DNA of 63,679 bases, filler included, from Saprolegnia diclina VS20 (taxonomy: Eukaryota), in the NCBI RefSeq assembly GCF_000281045.1. It is 4 parts of 2 records of this genome, joined end to end, with 100 filler letters (N's around TTAATTAATTAA, not from the genome) between each part and the next. Parts side by side here need not be neighbours in the genome. Positions count along the whole stretch, not along the records: positions 20,277 to 50,194 come from NW_008246113.1; positions 50,295 to 61,877 come from NW_008246113.1; 2 more parts are not named here. The stretch is one strand, 5' to 3'. Shown here piece after piece: positions 45,758 through 57,716 of this stretch. A model generated the notes under the pieces. It was given only the letters and a program-made list of their open reading frames with translations, did not search any database and was not told the DNA's origin. Position 1 is the stretch's first letter, and every line of letters starts with the position of its first letter. The position numbers and the translations under genes were made by a program.

Positions 45758-47317
45758 CTAAGTCAAACAACACCATTTTGGCTCTGGCAGATTGGCCACA
45801 GCCTGCATACACGCGTCCTTCTCGCGCTTGTCCTTCGCAAGTGTACCTTGCAAAAAGACGGGGCCCGCGCGGGTGTCGCACTGCGCAAGGGCGGTGACGA
45901 GGGCGAGGACACCGTCTGCGCCGATCGGGTTGACCTGCAAGCCGAGCCACGTCATGTGCGCGGTCGTACGCAGAACCTGGCTGAACGCGATTGCGCCACG
46001 AAGCCCAATGCGGTTGAACCCGAGGCGCAGCACCTTCAAGTGCGCCCGAATCGCACTTGCCAGCGCCGACGCGCCGTCGCAGCCGATGGCATTGTTGCTG
46101 AGGTCGAGCGTCTCAAGCGCGGGTGGCAAGTGAGCTGCTAGCGCCGCCGCGCCAACGTCCGTGCAGCCTTGCTGGACGAGGACAAGGCGCTGCAGCCGCG
46201 TGCACCGTGGTAGCGCCGATGCCAGTGCCAGAAGACCCTCGTCACCGAGCTGGGTGTTGACCAAACACAAGTCGACGAGGCGGGGTACGAGTGCCATGAG
46301 ATCGAGGTGTGCACTCGGTGGCATGGGCGTCGTGGCGCGGACACGGCAATCGAGCTTGAAATACCGAAGGGATGGCAGCTTTGCCGCTGCCTCGAGCACC
46401 GCTGCGCCACCCAAAGCCGTGTATTCGTCCGCAGTGAGCTCCAGGCGCTGCAAGGTCGAGGCGTCAGCGAGGCGACCGGTGTCGTCGCCCGTCAAATGAA
46501 CGACCGCCGTGAGCGACGTGAGCACCGCTGGCCACGCCGCCCGACTCGACAAAATGCTGTGCACAAGGAGGTGGTCGTGAAGGCGAAGCGAGCGAAGGTG
46601 ATTGCACGCGTTGAGGGCTTGCACAACCTCGCCATGTAGCGTCGGCGCCAAGGACACACGCGTCAGGTGCACGTCGCGCACGGGACGGGTCTCTAGCCAC
46701 ATGAGCAGCCGATCGACGCGGTGCGCGCTCCAGTACATAACGTCGCGACCCATGTTGATCTCGAGCGAGGTAATCTTGGCGGCAACGATCGCGTCGAGGA
46801 CGGCGTCGAGGCCGTCAGTGCGGTCGCCCCAGGACAAGTGCAGTTCGCGCAAATGAGGTAGGTGGGGCAGCGCACTGGCCAGCCTCGCAGTGTCGAGCGA
46901 AGACCATCGACCTTCCAAACGCTTCTCCCATACTGACACGTGAAGGCTTGAGATGGCGGCGTGCCACAGGTCGAGTGCTGCGTCGAGGGCCTGTGGCGTG
47001 GCTATCTGGACGAGCTCGACCCGCGTTGTCGGGCACAAAGGTAGCGCCAGGGACAAGTCGTAGACGCGCACCATTGGGTAGAGCGAAATGCACGTATGCA
47101 GCGCAGCGAGCGTGGGTCTGTCTCGCATTTGAGCGGTCGCGCCAAGCGTTGGCCACACGTCGCCGGCTGGCTGCAGCGCGAGCAGGCGCCGCACACCGAC
47201 GAGGGCTGGCGAGAGGAGGCTGAGTGGTAGCGCGTCAAGCAGCGCTGCCATCGTCTTCTGATCGGCCACGCTGGACGCGATGAGCTCGAGGAGCTCCAGC
47301 GAGAGACGCTCGGCCAT
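45758..47317 (-). CDS. F-box-like N-terminus + RNI-like LRR protein
   Basis: LSLELLELIASSV..VWPTLG; LETLDLSNNAIGCDGASALA, LKVLRLGFNRIGLRGA; tandem paralog of 43125-44879. Confidence 0.85.
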   Translation of the reverse strand: MAERLSLELLELIASSVADQKTMAALLDALPLSLLSPALVGVRRLLALQPAGDVWPTLGATAQMRDRPTLAALHTCISLYPMVRVYDLSLALPLCPTTRVELVQIATPQALDAALDLWHAAISSLHVSVWEKRLEGRWSSLDTARLASALPHLPHLRELHLSWGDRTDGLDAVLDAIVAAKITSLEINMGRDVMYWSAHRVDRLLMWLETRPVRDVHLTRVSLAPTLHGEVVQALNACNHLRSLRLHDHLLVHSILSSRAAWPAVLTSLTAVVHLTGDDTGRLADASTLQRLELTADEYTALGGAAVLEAAAKLPSLRYFKLDCRVRATTPMPPSAHLDLMALVPRLVDLCLVNTQLGDEGLLALASALPRCTRLQRLVLVQQGCTDVGAAALAAHLPPALETLDLSNNAIGCDGASALASAIRAHLKVLRLGFNRIGLRGAIAFSQVLRTTAHMTWLGLQVNPIGADGVLALVTALAQCDTRAGPVFLQGTLAKDKREKDACMQAVANLPEPKWCCLT

Positions 47318-47597
47318 CGGTGGCAAATCGAAGTGGCACCAGATAGGCCATCGCTGTTGGGTTGTAATCGAAGTTCGAAGATTCGCGCGTAGCCAATCAG
47401 CGACGCCTAAATACGAAAGATCGCAACACAGCAAACTCGATGGTCGACTCGACTGCACCGCCCTTCTCGACCAGAAGCAACGCCGTTGCTGTTGCTAGTA
47501 AGATGCTGTGAGATGCAGATAATGACGCACGGCCTTGTTGGCCACACATCAACATCAACACGACATTAACCGACGTTCGTACTCGTCTCAATGTGTA

Positions 47598-49691
47598 TTA
47601 CAGCATCGGATGCCACGTACGCAGATGCACCGCCGCGCCCATGAGAACGCGGGGTAGTTTCTCATCGTTTGGCACCTTGTGCGTGGTGCAGTAGTCGTCG
47701 TATGCTGCCAGTGTGGCCGCGAACGCGGCGTGCGACCCCATAAAGCGCCGCAAGCGCTCTTCGAGAAAGTACCGACTCAGCGGCGGCACGCATCGCAGTA
47801 CGCTCGGGCGGTGCCGACAAAACGCACGGGCATCCCCGCTGTCGACGCAATGGCGGAAGAAATGATAGGCAGCTTTGGGGCACTGCTCACATCCGTAGCA
47901 TGCGCCACGAAGCGGTTGGTGGCAGCCATTGCACAAGCGCACGGGCCACGTCTCGGGGCGATCGTCGGTGCTCGCATTGTACCGGCGCAGTTTGCGCCAT
48001 CTCTTTGTCTCATTTTGCGTCGGATCCCCATACTGCAAAGCGTGGTAGAGCATGCTGGGGGCAGCGCGGCTAATGGGGCCGACATGGCGCAGATCAAACC
48101 AGAGCTCAAAGTACTTGAACGCGGCGGGCATGTCGCGTGCGCCATAGTAGGTGGCGCCAAAGCTAAACATGGTGTACGCCCACGCGACGGGGTAGTCTTT
48201 TCGGCGCGGAAACGTGTCGCGGAGCTGGCGCAGACGGGCGAGCGACGCACGCGTCCGCCGCAAGAGGCGGTCGCTCGTCGCGACATTGATCGTCGCATCC
48301 AACGTCTCCTCGTGGTCGGCTCCAAACACGCGGCTGTAGTAGGCGTGCGCGATCGAAATGTACCGAAGCGCTTGCGCCGGCCGCCCCCGGCTGTATGCAC
48401 CCGCGGCGTGGATCGAGTAGAGCGGGACGGCGGTCGGATGCAACGTCATCCCATGACGGCGGGCAATGGTCATGCCTTCGCGCACCCACACGTCGGCTTG
48501 GGTCAAGTCGCCAGCCCATGTGTTCGTGCGCGCAAGCCGGACCACGGTCTCTAGTGTGGACGGGTGCAGATGCCCCGCGAGTCGCACGCGTGCCTCGTGG
48601 CAAGCGGAGTAGAGCTCGATCGCGCGGCCCGCCATGCGCAAATCTTCATACGCAACCGCAAAGCGATACAGCGTCGCAGCGACCGCTTGCGTGTTCTCTG
48701 GTTTGGCTTCTTGGGCGGCTAGAATGGCTTGAAAGCGGGGTTCCCACTCGCATACCGGTCGACCAAGTTTGGCCAGCATCGACACGTACTGCGACGACGC
48801 AGCCAAGGTCGCATCGTCCTCTGGCCCGAGGACCTCCGTGTAGAGATCGACGGCTGTTGCAAATGCGTCCGCCGCGTCCGCCCACTTGGTCTCGGCTTCG
48901 TGGAGGTTCCCGAGTCGTACCCACGACTGCGCTCGGCGTTGGCGCGACGGAAGCATCTCAATGTGCACCCGCAGCGTTTCCTTGATCCAGTGCGAGATTG
49001 TTGCAAATACGAGGCGGTCGAGCGTGGCAAATGACGTTTTGGCGCGCACCAAGGCAAAGATGGCGTCGCGGTCGGCCGGGATCGACGTGGCCGACGCTTC
49101 GCTGCGGATGTGGCCAAGCATATCGCGGATCCCACGACCGTCAAGCATGTCATCAAGCATCTGCCGGCGCTGTTGTGGCGCCATGGCCATCTCAAAGCGC
49201 GCATGGACGCGCGTCGCGACGTAGAGTTCAAAGACGCACCAGCTTCGGCGCAGCACCATGGGGCTGTGCCACGGGTGCATGACCATGATGAGACGGCCAA
49301 TGTCGCGGAGCGCATCTTCAAACGTCGTGAGCCAAGTGGCAGTTGGCTGCATCGAGGCGCCGTGTTGGTTGATGTTGAAGACGCAAAACCAAAGAACCGC
49401 GTCTTCGTCCGCAATGCCTTGCAGCGCAAAAAACGCGTCAAGGCTGTCGACGGTCTCCAAGAAGAGGTATTGCCACGCGTGCGAGACGTACCAATTGGCC
49501 TCGGCTACAAAGTGACGGGTGTTTGGGTCCCGCCACAAGTGATCCACGACCGAGAGCTCGGTGGCTTTTGTGAGCGGCATAAGGAATTGGTGACAGACGT
49601 CGGCGGTCGTGAGCCCCGTGAGCTTGGCGGCGCCACCGCATGCGTTGATCAAGTGTCGAAAATACGCCATGTACACGCCCTGGGGCGCCAT
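47598..49691 (-). CDS. TIR/HET-like N-terminal domain + kinesin-light-chain-type TPRs + ZZ-like zinc finger
   Basis: WYVSHAW, WFCVFNINQH, LRRSWCVFE; TPR caps LGPEDDATL, GHLHPSTL, GADHEETL; CNGC..GACYGCEQC. Alternative start 49745. Confidence 0.75.
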   Translation of the reverse strand: MAPQGVYMAYFRHLINACGGAAKLTGLTTADVCHQFLMPLTKATELSVVDHLWRDPNTRHFVAEANWYVSHAWQYLFLETVDSLDAFFALQGIADEDAVLWFCVFNINQHGASMQPTATWLTTFEDALRDIGRLIMVMHPWHSPMVLRRSWCVFELYVATRVHARFEMAMAPQQRRQMLDDMLDGRGIRDMLGHIRSEASATSIPADRDAIFALVRAKTSFATLDRLVFATISHWIKETLRVHIEMLPSRQRRAQSWVRLGNLHEAETKWADAADAFATAVDLYTEVLGPEDDATLAASSQYVSMLAKLGRPVCEWEPRFQAILAAQEAKPENTQAVAATLYRFAVAYEDLRMAGRAIELYSACHEARVRLAGHLHPSTLETVVRLARTNTWAGDLTQADVWVREGMTIARRHGMTLHPTAVPLYSIHAAGAYSRGRPAQALRYISIAHAYYSRVFGADHEETLDATINVATSDRLLRRTRASLARLRQLRDTFPRRKDYPVAWAYTMFSFGATYYGARDMPAAFKYFELWFDLRHVGPISRAAPSMLYHALQYGDPTQNETKRWRKLRRYNASTDDRPETWPVRLCNGCHQPLRGACYGCEQCPKAAYHFFRHCVDSGDARAFCRHRPSVLRCVPPLSRYFLEERLRRFMGSHAAFAATLAAYDDYCTTHKVPNDEKLPRVLMGAAVHLRTWHPML

Positions 49692-50194
49692 GTTGACTGT
49701 GACGCGAAACGAATTCTGTTGTCGTCCAGTTTTGAAAAAGACCATTGCCACGGGTCGTGGGTGTACGTCGAATCGGAGACGGTGATTGGCTCCTTGATAG
49801 CCAATCCTTGCGTTTCGATCGCGACATCTTGGTCAAGCATGGATAACGCTACTACCAAAGTCATGCCCACCGAGCTCCTTTTAGAGTTCGACATGTCTTG
49901 TACAAGGATTTCGATCTGAAGTGGTTTTATTGAGCCCATATTCTTGGTCGAGATTGTTGGCGATATATTTGTGTTTCTACTCGAGGTTAGGGTCCTTTTC
50001 CGCCCGAAACGCCACCCGTTTTCAGGCCTCGTGTGGTAAATTCGGTCTGACTATGCTCGACCATGAATGGCGCATCAAAGTAAAAGACAATGTCGCCGTC
50101 AATTCCGTTAAAATTCGTGGTAGGCCATCATGGACAATGTGGTGAGATCGACCCAATGACGGTCTCGAAGGCCGCCCGAGTCGAAGCGGAGTGC

Positions 50195-50294
50195 NNNNNN
50201 NNNNNNNNNNNNNNNNNNNNNNNNNNNNNNNNNNNNNNTTAATTAATTAANNNNNNNNNNNNNNNNNNNNNNNNNNNNNNNNNNNNNNNNNNNN
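50195..50294. other. 100-nt scaffold gap with artificial linker
   Basis: Ns flanking TTAATTAATTAA. Confidence 0.95.
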
Positions 50295-50660
50295 CGGGTC
50301 CAGCGTCGTCAGCGCGGTGAGCACCGCGTGGGCAAGGTGCGCAAATGCCGACACGAGCTCGGCGCGCATCGCCAAGCGTGCAGCAGGACTCGGTAGCGGC
50401 TCGACTGGAAACTGGAATTGAACCAGCAGCAGCAAATAGTGCTCGGCCGCGCGACGGGACCCGAGGAACGACGGCAAGTACGCGTCCAGCGCGCTCTGAA
50501 AAGCCACGCAGTCGCGGTACCGGGTCGTAAACTTCCAAGTACGTGCCGTGGCGGCGCAGTGCAGCTCGACCGTGTACATGGTGCGAAACGTGTGGCCGCG
50601 GACACAGTAGGTCACGGTTGACGCGGCGGTGAAAGACGGTGGTAGCAACAAGCTCGCCAT
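50295..50660 (-). CDS. PX-domain protein, 3'-truncated by the gap
   Basis: MYTVELHC..TWKFTTRYRDC..FQFPVEPL..RAELVSAF; similar layout to the PX of 60828-61508; Inr/FPR-like GCATTTTTGCATTTGCC upstream. Confidence 0.6.
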
Positions 50661-51387
50661 CGCCACTTGGCAAATGCAAAAATGCCGCTGGCGAGGATCG
50701 ATGCGAGTCCTCGAGTTCATGAATCCAGGAAAAGGTCCCACTCTTCAAGACAGCGTCTCGGCCGAAGTGCGCTTGAAACCGCACCCAACGCACCACCCGT
50801 TCCCAGCGCGCCGGCGTTGATCGCTTGCGGGGCATCGCTGAGGAGGATGGGCTGACCAAAGCACGTTCGCGCGTAGTCCTCTACTAAACGTAGTGAGCTA
50901 CACTTATCTCTTAAGTGTAGTAACACGAGAAAGCACGCCGGCATGGTTGACGCGCCGACGAGTCAACATTGGCAGCAAGAAATCACGGAGGCGACCGATT
51001 TATACGGTACCAAGGGCGTAAAATCCGTGGGTTGTATACCTGTCGAGTCGAAAATCCAGTGCAACTTCACTTTGAGACAGTGAACAGGAAATAATGCTAT
51101 GCCCTGAATACCCGACACGAATCCAAAGCTGTTTTTTTCTAAAAGAATCCAAACTCGAACTATCCATTTCGCGAGAACCATTCAAATGCTATCCGGGCGT
51201 ATCCTTGGTACTGTAGTGAGTCCACAACAACGGGACGTGGGACGGAGTGGTGGTTGCGATATCATTCTCGCTAGTATGATAGCGTAGTCGTACTCTACGT
51301 AAAGACTCACTTGTATCCACATAGCCATGACACGATTGCGCAAGCCACCTCGTCTCTGCTCGCGTCCGCTGACGATAGCGATTAGGG

Positions 51388-54300
51388 TTACATCGTGTCG
51401 GTGGGAGGCAGCCGCCCCGATGGCTTGACGAGGATACCCTCGAGCTTGCTCCGGACGCTGGCGCCACTTACGAGCGTCGCACCTTCGTTCTCGAGTCGCT
51501 CGAGCGGGATGTTGGTGCACTCGGCCAAAATCGCATTCGTGGCCGCCATTGTCCTCTCTGGGTCGCACGACTTGATGGCGTGTCGCAACGTGTCCAAGCT
51601 CAGCATGCCCTTGCTGTCGGGTCCGGCTTGCTTCTCAGCAACGTGCACGGCCGTCTGCACAATCAATTAAAAAAAGAAGAGACGAGCGAGGATCGAACTC
51701 TGTACCAGTAGTAATTTCTTGAGGTGCAAAATCTCGTCAAGATGCTGGTGCCGAAGACACTCGCAAAACGACGAGAGATTCCCGTGGCGGTCGGGCTCGA
51801 GCAGCGCAGTGTACGGGATGTAGAGAACGCCCTACGCAAAAATACATGCCACTAAAAACCACCGAGCCTTGTCCGCGACCTTGGCTTCGAAAAGAAGGGC
51901 TTTGCACAACGCTGCGATCGCAGCTTCGGTTTTCCACGGAAAGAGGATGCGCAATTCCCGCATCGCGCCGCCGACCGAGACGAGACTAGACATATATTCC
52001 TCTCGTGAAGTGACTACAATATTGTCGACTAGTAGTCGACATCGAAATACATACCCCTTGCGTTTGTTGGCGACGATATTTTCAGATTCATTCTTCTCGA
52101 GCGTCGTGTAGGCTTCGTGGACCATGTAGACAACTAGGATGTACAACATGTCATTTGCATTTTTATAAAAAGAGAGACATCCAGTTGTACCTTGGAGCTG
52201 GTCCAAGCGCGCGGTCTCGGGCACCGCGCCGTGCAGCGTCATGTCAAAGACGCGGCACTCGCACCCATAGCTGTACTGCTTGAGCGCTTCACAAATGTTG
52301 TACGCGCCTACAGTACAATATCCAGATACATATTCATATGTCGACCTATCGAATGACAAAATGGTACATTCGACCGCGTCGGCGCGGTGCGGAAATTTCT
52401 TGGCCAAATACGATGCAAAAAACTGTCGCAGTGGCACCAATGTCGCGGGTGCCTGCGTCATGAGAAAGCTCGCATGGTGCCCCCCCGGGATCGGCATCCC
52501 GCGCTTGCGGCCAGGCCCGAGCGCGTTGTTGTGCAAGTTGAGCTTTTCGGAAATATCCTTTTGCTGCCAAATGTCTCTAAAAGCCACCTCGTAAACCCAA
52601 ACACGAATACAATATCACGTACGTGATCCAGCGCTCGACGTCTCGTCGCGAGTAAAAGAGGTTGCGGACACGCCCGTCAAATTGCAGGTACTCGGGCACC
52701 GACGCGTCGAGGCCCTGCCCAATGAAGAACTCGCCGCTGTCTGTCACTGTCGGTGCCTGCTCGTCAGGCTCGTCATGGTGCGTCTGCGTCACAAACACGG
52801 ACGACGCGACAGTTGTGGTTGTTGCTGGCGGCACCGGCGGCGTGCGCAAGAGGTACGTGCACAGCCCTACCCCGCATGATACCCCTAGCCCTCATTGGTG
52901 CTGTACCGTTGACAAAGCCATCGACCGTCGTCGGGGCGCCCGAAACAAACATGTCGGTAGCGGAAACACTTTGTGCTGTCATGCCAGCGAGGATGCGGGA
53001 GAGGACGTCCGACTCGGCAAGTGGTACAGGGTTCGCCACCTACAACGCGCTTGAATTGCATGTAATTTCAAAAAGAAAAAACACCTGTTTTTCCAACGTC
53101 GTTTTCGCGTGCAGGAGCTCTTGGAGCTCGCGCGTCAAGTGATTGATCGTCGCCTTGTCGGCGCTGGCATCAATGCCACCGGCACGCTCTTCCAGCATCA
53201 AGATGGAGCTTCGGAGCTCGTTGATTTCTTCTTGTGCGCGCGTGTACTTGGTCGTCACGCCTTGCAACACGCCGTGGAGTTCGCTCAACTAGACTTATGT
53301 GGAAGATATTGTCATTTCGATGCGGATCTACCTGTGAGTCGTGTTGCTTTTGGCGCTCGTCCTGACGCTTCATCGAGTGCAAGAGCATCTGGTTGGTGGC
53401 CATGACGTCGGCGACGCGCTTGGTTTGCTCCTGCAGATCGCTCTGGAGCTTGGTGCGGCCATCTTCGAGACTCGCATTGGCCGCTGCATACGACTAGAAT
53501 GCGGTGAACGCTTGCTACAATGGGCGTTCGAACCGTCAGCATGGCTTGGGTGGACTTGAGTTGCTTCTTGAGTGCCTTGACTAGATGCACATACCCCGTA
53601 ATTTCCATTAATCCATGCAATAACTACCTTTCATCTTGTTGATGAGGTTGCGCTCGCTAATCACGTGCTGGGCTTCTTGCTCCATCGTTCGAATCGTAGC
53701 TTCGTATTGCGGAATTTTGCTCACCTTACGTTGGACTCGCCCGCTTGTTTAGCAAATAGTGAAGGGCGTACCTTGAGCGTGTAAATGTCCAAGAGGGCTT
53801 CGTACTCGGCTTTGATGCGGAGCAATAGCGGCTGGTATGTTTTAAAGTCTTCAATCAAAAGAAGAAAACACTCTCGAAACACTTGCAGCCGCGCCAAGTG
53901 CATCTGCGCGCGGCCTTCGTCGTCCGCCTCGCGGTCCATGTGCTCGGTGGCGCCCACAATGCTCAGCTCGGCCGCCAGAAAGGCCTCCAGTTGCTGCAAA
54001 AGCAGCGGTTTCGCCGGTGTCCTCTCGGGTCGCATGCCCTTGCGGTTGTTGCCAAGCGCGTCCTACCAAGAGTACATCAAATAAGCGCTTGGTTTGACAA
54101 ACATGGCCCATCGTAGCCATACGTAGTGTGATGGCAACCGACCTCTTCCTTGTGTACGCGCGTGCCGAGGGGCCAACACTCGATGTTGGGCGCGGCGCAG
54201 TCGCCCCGTGCAAAGTCTGCGGCCGACAGGAGACCCATGTCCCGGTAGCTACTACACGTTGTGTGAGCATGGGAAATGGTAAGCGAATCGCGTCGCACTT

Positions 54301-54522
54301 GCGGTGGTCGGGGCGCGCCTTCTCCTGCGGCTTTAGAAAGTACAGGGGCTGCTGAATGAGACTTGCGCGCTTGGACGGCGTCCGGGGCTTGTGGCCTTTG
54401 GGTGGCGTTGGCATCACTGGGTGCAGAAAACCGCTTTCGATCGGCGGCAGCGACGAGCTCGGTGCATCATTGGACGCCGCCGATGATCGTTTGTACTTGG
54501 AGAGGATGTCGGCAATGTCCAT
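51388..54522 (-). CDS. TSNAXIP1: Translin-associated factor X-interacting protein 1-like (flagellar-type, multi-exon)
   Basis: RLQVFRECFLLLIEDFKTYQPLLLRIKAEYE, coiled coil, FFIGQGLDASVPEYLQFDGRVRN..IWQQK..AYNICEALKQY. Confidence 0.75.
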
Positions 54523-55051
54523 GGGTCACCGACGCGGTGCGGCCTTTCGAGCTGAAACGTTTTGGCTGTTTACAGTAGATACACAACGCTGCATATAGTA
54601 TATTTGGCGCCAGCTCGAACATAGTCGCAGCGAGCTCGATGGGCCTTCGTAACAAGATCCGTCGTATCTCTGGACAACCCTGTCCGAGAGTGTGAGAGAT
54701 AGAGCAACAGAGAAGACACCTGATTCCACAGGGATGACTCGATCGCTCCGTGTTGAATGTGACGAATCGAGTCGGTGGCATCAGGCGCCAGTTTGCCGCC
54801 TCCGCAAGTCGACAGTCTCGGCTTTGATATATGGTCCCCTGCATAGACGCGCCGGTGGGTCCAACAAGGGGCCGGAGCGGTGTGCAGTGTCATTTGCTTT
54901 GGGTTTTTGCTCGTCGACAAAAAGTTTCTGTCAACTGGACGCTCTACAGATGAACCCGAGGACAGAATGTACAACGTACTAGTATACGATTTTATTTGCC
55001 CGATATTATGGAAAAGGACAGAGCAGCATCGACAAACTGTCGTGTGCGAGG

Positions 55052-56105
55052 TTACGACAATGCGAACCCGATCGCGCCGATGCACGCGACCAGCAGACAA
55101 AGAACGACGTAGCGACGTTGGTGGACGCGCTAGCATCAACCGGTTTGGCAACGTACACGCCGCGTGCAGGGCCTACCCGCCGCGTAAAGGACGCTCTCCA
55201 CTGTGCACGAAGTCCTGCGGGCTCCATGTCCAACAGTGCGATTTGGACGTGCGGGAATCGACGCTGCAATGCGTCGGCATCTAATCCTGCAAGACGATGA
55301 GCAAGCATGCCGCAAAGCAGATCGGCGTACGCAACAGCATCGGACCGACCACCTCGACGAGGTTGTGACGAAAGGCGCGATGGCCCCACATCTCGTGGAG
55401 CACGACGTCATACTCGGCCATGGTCCCCGTGTACTTTGCGAGCACTCGGTGCATCTCGCGCTCTAAACCAGCGACGTTACGCTGACCCTGTTTCGCAGAG
55501 CATACCAAACGCTGCGCACGCATAAAGGGTTGGTGCCCGTCCCGCCCTACGTCGTAGGGACAAGTGTCGAAACGACGTAAGAAGCGCGTTCGAGTCGTAC
55601 ATGCGTCCGGACGCCGACGTCACGTACGCGTCAAAGGCGCTGACGAGCTCCAGAAGACTCGTGCGCGCGATCGGGGCTGGTGTCGCCACCGCGACAAAGC
55701 GCACTCCGTGCTTGATCACGTGGCTACCATGTTCGCCGCTGAGTGGTGATGCAATAGCTCAAGAACCATACTGGATGCCGTCGACTCGGTTGCAGCTTAT
55801 GGCATCGTTTTGGGCCCATGCCGCGCAGCTGTACAGTGCCTACAAGGCGAGTCGTTGGAGGCTTGCATCGACAGCAAAACGGGGCAATGTACGAGCGACT
55901 TGACACGGGTTGTGTTGGTGGTGTCGGGTGCGGTCGCGCTCACCTGCCGCCAACGGCAGTTATCGTCCACGAGATCACAGAATGGACGCACCAGCAAGCG
56001 ACGGTCGCGGAATGCCATGCCAGTTGTAAAGTACAGTCCAGACTGCGCCACAGAGATACCTCTGTCGAGAATGATGGTAGTGATGTGCAACGAAATGCAC
56101 AGCAT
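55052..56105 (-). CDS. SEC22-like longin + C-terminal TM protein, no clear SNARE motif (paralog 3; 8 exons)
   Basis: Spliced: ..RDRRLL|VSAT..|..IH|HVIKHGVRFVAV..LLELVSAFDAY..M|..YACAAF|EREMHRVLAKY..|..|RVHQRRYVVLCLLVACIGAIGFALS*. Start 56105 or 56018. Confidence 0.65.
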
Positions 56106-56353
56106 TGGCGCGAGGGCGTGGACGGCGAATGACGTGGCAGTGTGAGAGAGGAAGATGCAATATGGCCGTAGCAGTGTCCCAAGAGGCCATCGAGATTGCG
56201 AAACGCGGTTGATTGCCACGTCGCTTTGGTCGACGCCTTGATTGTCACAAACCAACGACATGCGAATAAAGACACCCAAGTTGCACTGGCACAAAAGCAA
56301 GCATTTTTTGTTTGGAAACGTGAAACGCAAATTTCACTGTGCGGATCACGGCC

Positions 56354-57341
56354 TCAGCGTCCACACCAAACCCATAGCGCTAGTAGAACGGCGATGACAA
56401 GCACAGCGAGACGACGATGACGTCGCAGCTACATCCTGCACGATAAGGTCCCAGGCATGTCATAGCGACAGTCATACTACCTGACGCTTCAAGGCCACGT
56501 GCGATGGCTCGCTGGCGCCGTCCCACTCGTCGTCTGGTATAAGCAGTGGCTGGTTGATAATCTCAGCTAGCGGATGCCCTCGTCAGGTCACTTGCTATGA
56601 TCGCAAACGGCTGGTACCGTTGATGGCCCGAGCAGCTTCTCGGATCGCCGGTAAATGCAGCGTCAGGTGCAAATCCAAGAGTACATCCGAGTGCAGCACC
56701 AGGTTCTCATCGTATCTTGCGTGGAGTCGGTGCATTTCGGGCTCTAACAGCAATAAAACTCAGCAAGACTCATCGATCGGCGCTATCACTTCACCAAAAG
56801 CCGCGCACGCTAGCGGTGTCAACGCCGTCCCAGTCCTACAACACTCATCTGTATCAACACGACGAACCTTGCGTACGAAGAGGCACATGTGTCCGAGCGG
56901 CGTCATTTGATATGCGTAAAAGGCTTCACGCAGCTCGTACAAGTACTTGTGCGCGAGGGACGCTGCGTACTGGCGGTGCACGACGACAGCAAAAATCACA
57001 GAGCCGTCAACCTCGAAGCTATAAGATATCGGATAAGCTTGGATGAGCCGCCCGCAACGAACAAGGTGTACTGCAAGCAAAACGCTGCTTCAAGCACGGT
57101 CCCCGACGCAGTCGGCTTGGTGTTGGCGAGGATGACGAGGCCCTACGATACTTTTTGCGTAAAATAGGTCACGATAACAACGCGGATCCCAACCTTCTTT
57201 AGCACCCGTTGGACAGCCTTGCCGTGGCCAACAACCGCGCTAGCCTACGCTGCGATATAAAACCGTCACGAGGTAGGTGTCTAGAAGTCTTACAAGCAAG
57301 CGCTGGTCGCTCTGTCGCGTCAAGCACGACGCGCGGATCAT
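56354..57341 (-). CDS. SEC22-like longin + C-terminal TM protein (paralog 1; 8 exons)
   Basis: Spliced: MIRASCLTRQSDQRLL|ASAV..|..LH|FEVDGSVIFAVVVHRQYAASLAHKYLYELREAF..|..PLACAAF|EPEMHRLHARY..|..KRQ|LRRHRRLAVLVIAVLLALWVWCGR*. Confidence 0.75.
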
Positions 57342-57716
57342 CGCAGAATGATGAAAATGACAAGCAATGGCGCTTATTCGGATATCCGGATAAATGATGG
57401 CAACAATCCAGAAACCGCTGAAATTCATTCGCCGTTGTTGTTGTCGAGTTGTTGCCTTGTCGAGCGTACAACAATGTATCCTCAATATAGGCGGAATGAA
57501 ATATACACAGAGCCGTCCGCCGGCCACGGAAGCGCCGAGCGAGAGTCTGGGTTGCAGAGCTGGGGCTCGATGCCCAACCAACGTGAGCTCACAAGAGCTG
57601 CGATTGCAAGTGGCTCTGACCACGCCCGCGTCGTATTGTGTAAGCTGCGTTAACTAGTAATACTGTATTGCAAAGTGCATGTCGTGAAGCAATCCAGCAG
57701 CGCGACTTTGTATCGA

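Noticed and set aside
50898..50920. 9-bp perfect hairpin CTACACTTA..TAAGTGTAG
   Set aside because: Short enough to arise by chance; no supporting context.
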